A DNA stretch of 64,000 nucleotides, from the NCBI GenBank assembly GCA_964276515.1, contig OZ193910.1, forward strand, positions 4,402,001-4,466,000, given 5' to 3'. The notes beneath the pieces were generated by a model. That model had not been told where the DNA came from and did no database searches. It saw nothing but the letters and a program-made list of their open reading frames with translations. This document shows, piece after piece, positions 52,872 through 64,000 of this stretch. Made by a program: the position numbers and the translations under genes. The first letter of the stretch is position 1. The number at the start of each line of letters is the position of its first letter. The stretch is from Gordius albopunctatus (lineage: Eukaryota).

Positions 52872-53149
52872 TAATTAATAAAATGAAAGATTATTTTATC
52901 CAACTTGGTTTATAAATAAAATTTGTACCTAAGAAAAAAATTATAATTAAAATTTTATTTGGTTTTAAAAATATGTTTTTGTATAAATACTTTTAATTAA
53001 TTACTTTCGACCAAAATATACCACCACACTGTTTCCTGATTAATGTGACAAACGAATTTAAATCTATCAAAAGGTATTTTTTGACATTTTTCCTACTAAT
53101 AATTTTTGGAATTATCCCATTGCAATACTTCTATTACTTTAGTTTATGC

Positions 53150-53959
53150 ATATAAATTTTATAAACAAGATATTTAAAAAACGAAAAAATTTCCAATCAC
53201 ATCTTGGGCATTGGTCATTTTTTCTAATGGTTAGCAGATAGCCAAATAACTAGCCTATAATTATTATCTAGAAAAAAAATGGATTTTAATCTCATTTTGG
53301 CCAGTTGTCATTTTTTCATTGTTCAGTAGCCAGGACACGGTCAAAAAGAATATAAATACATAAGAGACGAAAAAAAATTTCCAATCACAATTTGGCCAAT
53401 GGTCATTTTTTCATTGTTCAGTAGCCAGGACACGGTCAAAAAGGATATAAATACATAAGAGACGACGAAAAAAAATTCGATTCACAATTTGGCCAAAGGT
53501 CATTTTTTATTGGTAAGCAGCCAGCGGACGGCCAAAAAGTCATATTATCAATGGTATTAACAAGAACAATATATTAATTTAAACAAAAAAATTGTACTCT
53601 CCGCGATTCGAACCCACATCAGTAGAGGTATAGGCTTTTGTAGGGGGGGGGCACAGGAACGCATATCAGTAGAGGCATAGGCCCTTCTAGGGGAGGGCAT
53701 AGGGTCATTATCTATTTTAACCGAATATACCAATTCAAAAACGAAAAAAAAATTCTAATCGCAATTTGGCAAATGGAATTTTTCCTATTGGTCAGTAGCC
53801 AGCAGACGGCCAAAAAGTCATATTATCAATGGTATTAACAAGAACAATATATTAATTTAATTTCAAAAAAAATTTTTCCTCTCCGAGATATCGAACCAGC
53901 AAGTCAGAACGTTGGACGTACGGACAACAAAAAGTGAGCTCATAAATTGCATAGCAATT
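53150..53959 (-). mobile_element. Helentron/DINE-like family copy (5' end plus tandem units)
   Basis: Ends cataaattgcatagcaatt at 53941-53959, with a ggac microsatellite remnant and the same tandem units as 41835-43069. Confidence 0.75.
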
Positions 53960-55457
53960 AATAACTAGGCATAAATTAAAATTTGCGAGATATCAGATAT
54001 TTTGCTTATAAAAATTTTTTGCTATCTGTTTTAAAGCGATGAAACTAGATAAATAAAAGAGTTAGTTAATTTAACGAAAGTAAATTTTTTTTAATGAATG
54101 ACTAATGTTTTTTTCCATAAGGTTAAATGCTATGCAATTCAATGCCAACAAAATATGGCACGTTCATGGGGCAGCGTTACGGTGCCACTAGCAGCAAGTT
54201 AAGTTACTGCGATTGAAGGCTGATTTTTATTCTTCATCTAACTAACTAACGGTAAAAAACGGTGGGGGGGGGAGAAGTGCAGTATAGTGCGCATAAATCT
54301 CTTTTTTTCTCCTTTATCGATTGTCGATATTCCCTTCTCTCCCCTCCCCTAAACCTTTTTAAGCACACTGTATAAAAAATGAAAGGGAAGAGCAGAGAAA
54401 AAATGATAAAAGTGGTGCATGGAAAGGGTAGAGAAGAAAAGAAGTAAGAAGAATAAAGTTAGAGACTGCTGAGAGAAAGGAAAAAAGATAGTCTGTTACT
54501 GTGCGGTATGCTGCAATAAACATTATAAGCACAAAAATGTGCAGTGGAGGAAAGGGAGGGGGCGACCTTTTATTGTGCACATAAGGCGTAGCTCTGCACC
54601 ACCACATCCCTCCTACCCCCACCGCTTTATTTTTACGTTTTGTTGTTTACTTACTCATTCCCCTTCCCTCTCCTTTTTACCCTCTTTTCCTCTGTTTTAC
54701 GTTCGATTTTTCCATCTTTTGCGTAAAATATCGTTTTTTTAACGTTCCTATCGCTGTTCTTTCGTTGATTTCATCATAATTCTAGAACATTGAAGGTAAA
54801 ATTACGATATTTATCAGATTTATATCTCGATGTACATCAAGCTTTTTAATTATGCTATTAATAATTATTTTAATTTAAACGTTTGTTTGCATATTTAACA
54901 TATTTTTTTTGAAAATTATTAATCATTTATTATTTTTATAAAGATAATTACATATTTTGTGAAGGTGAGATAAATAAATTAAAAAAATTAAGAATCTTTA
55001 ATATTGGGAAACATAATTTATTAAATTATATAAAATTTAAACAAATCACCACCTCCCCCTTTAAATCTTGGCTACGCCCATGGACGTTGAAGTTAATTTT
55101 AAAATCAATGTTTTTTTTTATTTTGCCGTTGAAGTTTCATTTATACCTCCGTTCTTTCAAATTAAGGTGAGCTTAAAAGAGCACGAAGCTGTCTTTGCAC
55201 GTCTTTAGACAAATGTCTGGCATAAATTTCTATAAGTATATTCCGACTGATAAGGACATAAAAGGAGCTACGGTTCAATGATAAAATTACCTTTAACTCG
55301 TTTTTTAAAATAAAAATTAGATTTTATGCCCGACCCCATTTTTAAAAATATTTATCCCGGTCGGGCAGGCAGACCTCTAAAATCTTATCCTTTATTGAGG
55401 CTTATCTTGGCAAAAATTCTATCGTAAATTTACTTAAAAATTTATGATTAGAAACCC

Positions 55458-58119
55458 ATGGCAGATCTCAATCAAGGAGGTTTGGCATCATATTTGATCA
55501 AGGAACTAATTGGAAGTAGCACGAATGCTCAACCCGTTAATCGTATCAGTCAATTTTTGGAAGAATTGAAACAAGCTTTGAACGGAGTCGTACATCCTCC
55601 GATCTCTTACGAATCTGTACAACCTGAATTTAACGCACAATTTTTAAACCCCTTTCCCGATGCCGATTTGTTCAGGTATGACAAGCTTTTCACCAAGTAA
55701 CTAAGCGAAAACTTATTTTTTAATAATAAATCATGTGATTGATAATGATTAGGGATGTTTTATTAATATCATTTATTAGTCATCAAAATGAAATATATCC
55801 ACCAAATCTTATGTGCAGACACGATAACTCTAATTGAATAATGTAACTAAGCACGCCTAAAGCCTAGTATATAGTGGCGTAATTTCGGCTGGTGAGAACA
55901 GCTTGGTGCAGCCCTATCACTAGTGCCATCAAGCTGTTCTAATGTTTAGCCGTCTAAAACCAAAGCTGGATCAAACAACACCCGGAGGCGTTTTTACAAC
56001 AGTACTAGTATACAATAAGGAAGGACAACATTTGGGGGCAATTTAGGCTTTTGTCGCTCTACTAATGTATTTTATAAGCTTAGATTGTTCTATTCACTAT
56101 ACGAACTCAAACACTGTTGACCATAAAAAAGTTGTTTTACAATCCATAGGTATAACGATGAACGCGTTCGCTCACGAACTTATCGGGCTGCATGTTGCGA
56201 TGTTACCCTCATAGCTTTGCACGCACCCCAGTGTCAACGATATGGTACACAGTCACGGCTAAGCTCGCACCAACCTGCCTCCACTATTATTCCTAATTAT
56301 CTCTCGGTACCTTATATTGTCAAACGATTTGTAAATTTTACCTTCATTTTAGACGTGCCACAATACGTTACTTGGTGGCATTGACGCAAGCAGCTGTTAT
56401 GGTAAGTGCCTTTATTGTTTTATATTTAGACACTCAATAGGTTGACCAAGTGATCAGGTTAGTTATATATTTTTAAACGTAATGGACGCAAAATACTAAC
56501 TTTTTAGAAGCGGTTAAGCAGTCTATCTTGACTATGATTATATGGGATTATCTTTTGTTTTAGCTCCTCTACCTTCTAACCACACGTTGCCAACGCCGAA
56601 AACGAATTCAAATAGCGGCGATCAAATTACGGTGCCACTTATAACACCCGCCCTGACGACGAAAATAGATGTCTCACCGCTTGAATACGTTGTTAATGAT
56701 TCATCCTGGAGCAGTGAAGATCGGAGACCCATTAAAGTTGATGCTCCCGAAAAAAAAGTGGTCAATAATTTAGCTCGTAATAGCTACCGAGCTTGTAAAA
56801 ACAAAAAACGTAAGACATTTGCTTGTAAGCCTTATGTCATATGGGACGAAAACAAGGCGAAACAAGCTAACGCGCTCATAGAAGAAGCGACTAACCATGA
56901 AGGAGATGACTTTTCCAATTATAGCGTGAGGAGAATGTCGGAAAGATTAGGAGTTTCTCAAAGTTCGTTTTACAAATACCTAAAGTTGACACGTCCCGAA
57001 ACCGAAGGGGGACCTCGTAAAGTATTAAACCTCGCCGGGCGGCGCGGTCTAACGGAAAGTGCAGCACCTACCTCCGCTACTTATACAGAGTTTACTGAAC
57101 ATCTGTACAAAATACTGGAAAAAGAAGAGGCACTCACCGTAACGCAAATTAGGGAAAGACTACCGGTACATTTGCGCCGGACAAATCCATCCATCATAAA
57201 AAACCTCAAACGCATGAATTGCGTAAGGCGTACCGTTAGCGCCATCACGGCCTCCAAAAATATTCTAGCAATACAAGCTAGATCGGGTGGTTGCCATAAT
57301 GTATCGGGGTATTGGTCTCTCCTCAACCGACCCAAATCAAGTGTTAAAGAGAAGCCCGCCGTCGAAGTAATTAGTGAGCCAAATAAAACGTTCCTTAAGA
57401 ATGACCAAGTCATAATGGTGAGGAAGGCTTATGCCGATTGCATCCTTAGTCTATCCCAACCAAATACCGCCGATGTAGACACGAAATTTGGAGATGCCAC
57501 ATTCTTAAAAAGTCTAATATTTGTGAGCTATAAAAGATATCCAATTGAGCTCATACCAAAAGGAATCGAGATTGAAGGAACTGCTTCGAGCGAAAAAGGA
57601 CCAATTCTTGAAATCTTTGTAACTCTCTCCGTGAAAGGCGTCATGGATTATGCGGTTAATATTGTTAACAATAGCATATCAGCAGCACCAGTCGCAAATA
57701 CCTTTGTTCCATTCGTGCGTCACACGGTAGACCTTATAAACCGGGCGAGATTTATAAATAACCTAGTATCTTTGGTGTTAGTAGTAGATAGGGGTACGTG
57801 CCCAGATATGGAAACAAAACTAGACGACGCGAGAAGCAATATGACTTTTAAAGATCCATCTCATTCCCTCATATATTTACCTCCGGCGTCAGATTCATTA
57901 AATCCAATTTCTCAATTTATGTACGATCTGAGAGCATACGTCAAAAGCAACTACCCTTTCACTTTGAGCTCTAATGGCGAAGCTTTAAGTGCAAAGGCAG
58001 CTGCTTTAAGCGAGTTAAGCTCTTCTTATATTAAAGCGGTGGCCAACAATGATTTCACCCCCTTGTATAAACACACCCAAAAATATATTTGTATGGCAGC
58101 CAATTATGAATATTTCTGA
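55458..58119 (+). CDS. Spliced gene encoding an IS630/Tc1/mariner (DDE_3-like) transposase-derived protein with two HTH motifs and a degenerate catalytic triad
   Basis: Exons 55458-55675, 56150-56306, 56353-56401 and 56564-58119 join in frame (1980 nt, 659 aa); the 5' exon structure is tentative. HTH-like motifs YSVRRMSERLGVSQSSFYKYLK and LTVTQIRERL. DDE-like motifs LIFVS, VLVVDRG and LIYLPPASDSLNPISQF. Confidence 0.8.
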
Positions 58120-59200
58120 GGGTAATTTTACGTTACACCAAAGAAATTATGTATATTTGTAAAAAATATATTTATCGTTTTTATTGTCAAAAAATTCAAA
58201 GTTTCTTCACTAAACCTGAATTATCGTCTTACTGAAATGTCTAAATGTGCCAACTTTAATTATTGGTAAAAATAAAAATACAATTAATTTTGAGTCCATG
58301 CTAACTAAATTTGCTAAGTTTAAACGTCCATTCATATTTTAGCATATATGACCCATTACTTAATCAAACTAAGAATATAGTGTGGGGATCTTAACTATTG
58401 ATTAAATATAGATATCCCTAGAATTTTTTGGAATATAAAATCAACCCTTGCATAGGTCACTGATTCAGGTTAAAAAGTTATTATAACGTTAAAAAGCGTA
58501 TATATAATTAACATATCAGTCAAATTAGCAAGGAAATTCAATCGATTCCAATTTCAATATAGTGTGATTCAATTCAGCCAAACACATGTAAAAAGTTCTA
58601 AATAAAGCAGCCAATAAATTGCAGTTTTAATGTCTGGAGGCTTAGATTTTAAAATTGAACTCGTATATATGCGAACGCAAATTTATTTTTTTCGGATAAC
58701 TCCCCTCCCTATCAATTTTAAATATGTTAAGATCGACGAATAATAGAATTCTATTAACAAGGAAAAATCAAAATATAGCTTAAAAAAGTTAACTTTTTGT
58801 GAACAATCGGATATATTTGTTGTTGTATGTGAATATGTTCCGGCGTAATGATCTAAAACAGCGACATTCAAAAAACAACGACGCTGAATTGAACATATGT
58901 AAATCCTTAATTTAATATCTCAAAATTTAAAAAATGTGCTAAATACAATCATTTATAAACTTATTAAAAATTAGTTTATTGTAATTTGAAAATTGAGTTT
59001 ATAATTAAAATTAGCCTTCCAAAATTTTACTATATATAATTATTTTAAGCTTAAAAATTAATAAATATCAGCCTAAAGTCAAGCACATGAATTTAAATGC
59101 TCACCTCAATATCTCTATGGTTACAAAAGATGTGCCAAATAAAATATTCAGATTATTGATAAAATTGGTGTAGGTTATAAACTTTACCAAAATCATATTA

Positions 59201-60279
59201 TCTTATATATAAAAATGAAACTATGTATGTGTGTATGTATGCCGCCACAAATTTTGGAGAACTATAAGATCGATTTGCCTCAAAATTTCACATTTTATTC
59301 CCCACACTCCGGAGCATGTTTTAAGGTATGTTCGAGCCAAATCGGTCCAGTAGTTTTTGAGTTAGTTCGTTTTATATGTTTTGCCGTTTAATAAAACGTC
59401 AATCAAACGCAACCTCATGACGTACTGTTTTCAACAAAAAATGAAAGTATGTGTGTGCATGCGAGTAGGTAGGTTAGTGTGATAAATGTAGGCATGTGCT
59501 GCGAAAAATGGAAACTTTTTACGATTTGAAACATTAAATCAAAGCATGGACGTATGCAGGTTTTGAATTCCTGGGGGGGGGGGCAGATTAAAAAAAAAAA
59601 ATTTCTCGACTACTAAATTCCTAAATTTTTCCTGAGACCCGCAGGGGATAGCGGCCCTCCCCTGACTTAGGGGGGGGGGGCAGCCGCCCTTCCCTGGCTA
59701 ATTAGGGGGGAGGAGCAAAACATAATTTTTAAGGGTTTTTGTATTAAATTTTTTTTTAAATTAGGCCCACCCCCTGGGTCCGCCCATGAATCAAAGTCAT
59801 TTTTTGCTTATTTTCCACGTCAATTATTATTATAAGACGGTCGTGTCTCTTGCGTGGCTAAATAAAATAATCTAATTTTGTCATTTTTTACGCGTTAAAT
59901 AAGGAGAAAAATAAAAATACAATTAACAAAGTGCCAATACATGTTGATATATCTCAGTTATTCGGACATTATTAAGTTCAGAATTAAAAGTTTTATTCAG
60001 AAACAAATAATTATGATATTGTTTCTTAATTACAAAAAATATAAAAAATTGCTTGAAGGGCCAAGGGGCCAAAGATTTTTCCCTTGGGGGGGGGCATGTG
60101 GCCAGGTTTTCTCTCTTGGGTGGGCCTGGGCCTTGGACCCTCTTTAACTATTTGTTTAAAAATTATCAGATTTTATTTTCACTTCAATAACCGCTTTATC
60201 ATCATATATGCCCTAAAATTCCAACATAATTTAATACACCCGGGTAAATGGCAAAACAACGTTTGCCGGGTTCATCTAG
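59201..60279 (+). mobile_element. Complete non-autonomous Helitron
   Basis: A|TCttatatataaaaatg start; ggcaaaacaacgtttgcc hairpin then CTAG|T end; no TSD. Confidence 0.9.
59545..59788. mobile_element. hAT MITE nested in the Helitron
   Basis: catggacgta ... tccgcccatg. Perfect TSD aatcaaag (59537-59544, 59789-59796). Confidence 0.88.
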
Positions 60280-61128
60280 TATATAATAAATTCAAGATTG
60301 CAAATAATAATTAAAGGATATGCTTATAAACATACATATAATGATTACTTTGGGGTAGCCAGATGGGCGGCCCCCCCTCCCTAACTGACGAAAAAAAAAT
60401 TTCCAATGCAAAAACTCTTAAAAATTATGTTGTCCCCCCCCCTAATTGAACTTTAAAACGTCTCCCCCCATTATCCAAAACCTGGCTACGCCCATGAATG
60501 ATTATCAGTTGTAATTACAACTTGTAAGCCGATAGAAATTTAATTTCGAGTTTCAAAATATATTTTTGATTGACGTTTGATTGGCATGTCGATTTTTTTG
60601 TGCGTCGCGTGGAAATGGATATTACATCTTGAAAAGGGAACGATTAAAACTAGCCAGATGTGAAAATGTAATAACAAGAAGGCGAGAAGCTGACAGCCGA
60701 TTGACAAAGGGAATTGAGTAAATATATAGGCAGAGAAGACGTAAGTAGCGAACTGCACGGGTGACCCGGTGCCCGACCCGATATCGGGTTGAAAATTTTG
60801 AAATGTCTTCGGGTTGTGTCCAGTTCTCTAACCGTGAGTGATGGAAAACAACTGTATCCAGAAGATGTTCAGGGAAAAAGTTATTTGATTATTATTATTA
60901 TGTTTTTGTTCATCTATTATAAATTCCCTAATTACGATCCTGAACACCGATAATTAAGGATTAATTCGGATTTAAGAATGAAATTATAACAAGCATATAT
61001 AACAATTGTTTTCAAATTAATGATAAAAATTGATTAAAAATATTTGTATTCAATAGTTCAGCTTGTAAGCTTTTACTAGATTAGAGGTATCGTTTATTAC
61101 AGTTACGATTGGATAACAACAATAATAA

Positions 61129-63664
61129 TTATATCATCATGTCAGCTCCAAATTCTTCGTCAGGTTCTGTGTCAGATTCTAAAATTTCACAAAACATATA
61201 AAAATTTAACTTAATTTAAAAAAGAAATGCTGATTATGTTTCTCAAAATTTAAATAAAAACCGAAACAAATTATAGTAAAATTGTTTTTTATTACTAATG
61301 GAATACATTTACATACCTTCGTAGTAAATTAGAGCTGGATCGTTAGGGTCTTCAACAATAGCACTTTTTTCGATTCCTTCATTTTCCTTAAGCAATTGAG
61401 CCTGGCAAAAAAACGAATGACACAACATCAATTAAATAGTGATAACACCAAATAACTTTTCAAGTATGATTAACAAAAAAGGCAACTAAAATAAATAAGA
61501 ATATTTTAAAAAGTGAATGATCAAACCTGATGAATAAGATGACCAAGTTTTCCTTTTAGTTGCATAAGCTTAGGGAATACAGAAGTACGATCCGTAAGCA
61601 GTTCCTTAACGTTCGATAAGTCTTGAAAAATTTCCGGTGTCTATTTAATAATACAAACTTGATAATTAAAAAAAAACATTTAAATCAAGTTTAAATAATA
61701 TTGAATATTATAGCACAAATTTATTATCAACTTTAAACCTACGTTGAGGTCTATTTATATTCAACAATATAATTTGTACAGCAAAACATGCGTATAAATC
61801 TTAAGTCGACTTCTTATCTCTACTTCAATCGGTGACAAATAATTAACATTGCTAATTAAGTATAAACATTAAACACGTCGATCGCAAAGTTATAATTTTT
61901 TTAACGATACGAAGCAAAACGAAAAAATTTTTTATACATCTTTGCGCCGCCGCCACTTGCTTCGCTGCTTAAAAAGTCAATAAAGCCGTTAGAATCCTCA
62001 AAAATAGCTTTGTCTTTACGCTACGGCGTGTAACTTAAGGGCACATTTGATATTACCGAAATGAGGAAGGAGGCGTGTTGAAGTAATATGCTGTCGAACC
62101 AGGTCAGAGTTGGCTTCAACCTTGACAAAAAATTAAGATATTATCCATTTAATCTTTGGATCAGTCATCAGCTAAAGAATCCCATTTAAATTTTTGCAAA
62201 TTTTGACATGAAATAGCTTAAAAACCTATACAAGTCTAAAAACTAGAGGGCTAAATTGGGAAATAAAAACAGCTATTTAATGAAATGTCAATTTGCAACC
62301 AAGTACATATGTGCTGATCGATTATACATCATGGCTTGGGCGCGGCCAGCATTGGAATTAGAGGGGGGGGGCAGTAATGATTTAGGGAGGGGCAAAATGA
62401 TAATTTTTTGAAAATTTAACCATATTTTATAAAAAAATTTCAACGAATCTTTGGATTTAGAGGGGGGGCTCTAAGCCCATGCATCACGGGTAAAAAGACC
62501 GTAGGACACAATTTCTAAGATTAATGTACTCGTTGATTTTAGCGAAGGTCATCCGATGCCCTAATTCTGTAATGAAGGGGCATATCCACTTGAGAGGTAA
62601 TCTCTTTACCGTTTCCTTTATGACGTTTTCGTTATTCGCCTGCAATACATCCTGAAGCGCAAAAAACATTAGAAATCATGCAAAATATTGATGATGTCTT
62701 AAAATAAACGGAGTAAAATTAAGCTAAATTTTCCATAAAAGTTTAAACTTGCACGCTCATCAATAAACATTTTGAAATGATTCCATATCTTTTATAAAAA
62801 TTTATAATGGCTAGTTAAACTTCTTCCTCATATATTCTATACATTAAAATTTGATTTTGTTCGTTTTTAATACATTTCGCCTCTTATATCTTTAAAGCAC
62901 ATAAAGCTATCGAATTTTTCGAAACGAATAAACATAATTTCAAACCCAAAGTTTCATGCGGTCTCCAGCTTGCAGGCATTGCGTTATGAGCGCCACAAGG
63001 GTATCGGCTTTGGGGATGTAATTGGGAAGAGTAGCGTTGTTTGACGCTTTAACGCTAGGTTCGGGAGCGTTTTTAAGGTCAACGCGCTTCTTTTTACTCT
63101 GGCGACCTGATAAAATTTCTCGGATTCGGGAGTCAAGCGTCATCGAAGCCTGTTTGAAATTATCAAATTAAATAAGCTTTAAAGTAAATTTTTCTAAAAA
63201 ACTAAAACTTACTTTAATTTTATTATTATACTAATAAATTAAGAAGACTAAATATGGAAACTAATTGTAGCTCAAATGGCCTGATCTAACCAAACTGTCA
63301 TCAAACGTGTTAAGTTTAACGATCGACGAAAAGGGGTTCTTTACGTATTTTAAAATTCTATGACTATATTATAAGCGTGACAATATAAATATTTTAATAA
63401 AAATCTTTGTAAAATTTAGAAAATGATGATTTGACTAAGTTAACACTGACAAAATGTTAAATTGTTATATTACAGTCATTTTTTAACATCAGCCCAGATA
63501 TAAAAAAACTGAGTGTATTTTCATTCAATTACATACTTTAAACTTAAAATGTTACTAGTAATGTTTAAACCTTAGGATCGACTACAGTTTTGATTTGTGA
63601 GTCAGGCACCTCCATTTTGGATGTATGACCGCCATCTTTAGTTTCTTTCAAATCATCATACTCC
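61129..63664 (-). CDS. WDR43: WDR43/UTP5-like protein, C-terminal Dip2/Utp12 domain (5' part not resolved or outside the window)
   Basis: Phase-compatible exons 63664-63586, 63149-62946, 62651-62530, 62120-62057, 61640-61527, 61401-61317, 61178-61129. Motifs: LITQCLQAGD, VIKETVKRLP, WFDSILLQHASFL, KLMQLKGKL, ALIYYEESD acidic tail. Confidence 0.85.
62335..62481. mobile_element. Short hAT MITE in a WDR43 intron
   Basis: cttgggcgc ... aagcccatg. TSD catcatgg / catcacgg. Related copies at about 18800-18945 and 21980-22133. Confidence 0.7.
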
Positions 63665-64000
63665 CTATATATTATATTGTCCCCGGCGTTGAGTTCATCA
63701 CAATTCTATGATAAATTAAAATCCGTATTTATAAAATTTCCCATGAGCCAAAATATAAATTAATATATTAATCAACATAATTGTTATATTATGATATCTA
63801 TTAACCTCGTACATAAAAAATAAAAGCAGAACCTGAATAATTAAGACAACCCAAAATAGAATTGGTTAAATAAAAAATAAGGGTTATGATTATTAAAAAT
63901 CACAGTGCACAATCACGTTTTCCAGTCTTAAAAACTTTTTAAAGTTCACATTAAACTGTCCAAGATGAATTCAATTTGCACAAAAGTTCATGGTTTTCCA

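Noticed and set aside
56441..56512. Alternative model with 17-nt and 5-nt micro-exons for the transposase-derived gene
   Set aside because: Frame-compatible only if exon 56150-56306 is skipped. The simpler four-exon model is open without micro-exons; RNA data are needed.

Overview
AT-rich eukaryotic genomic DNA, most likely from an invertebrate animal, with GT-AG introns (some only 32-46 nt) and very high DNA-transposon content. No rRNA, tRNA or CRISPR was found. All gene models were spliced by hand. Host genes: (1) a ~17-exon type-I membrane protein with 8 EGF-like and 2 SEA domains (about 3066/5567-22821, +); (2) GAPDH (29740-31114, +, 6 exons); (3) an intact 377-aa protein built from nine 31-32-aa basic helical repeats (48081-49214, +); (4) an intact spliced gene whose last exon is an IS630/Tc1/mariner-type transposase with a degenerate catalytic triad (55458-58119, +), a probable domesticated transposase; (5) the 3' part of a WDR43/UTP5-like gene (61129-63664+, -). 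Mobile DNA includes intron-containing hAT elements, many hAT MITEs with 8-bp TSDs, Harbinger/Tourist MITEs, Helitrons, Helentron/DINE-like elements with internal tandem arrays, a tRNA-derived SINE, an RTE fragment and two piggyBac remnants. The most striking items are a 3.2-kb fold-back (inverted duplication) of a piggyBac 5' half inside an intron, structurally like maize Mu killer; the domesticated transposase gene; and the tandem basic-repeat protein.
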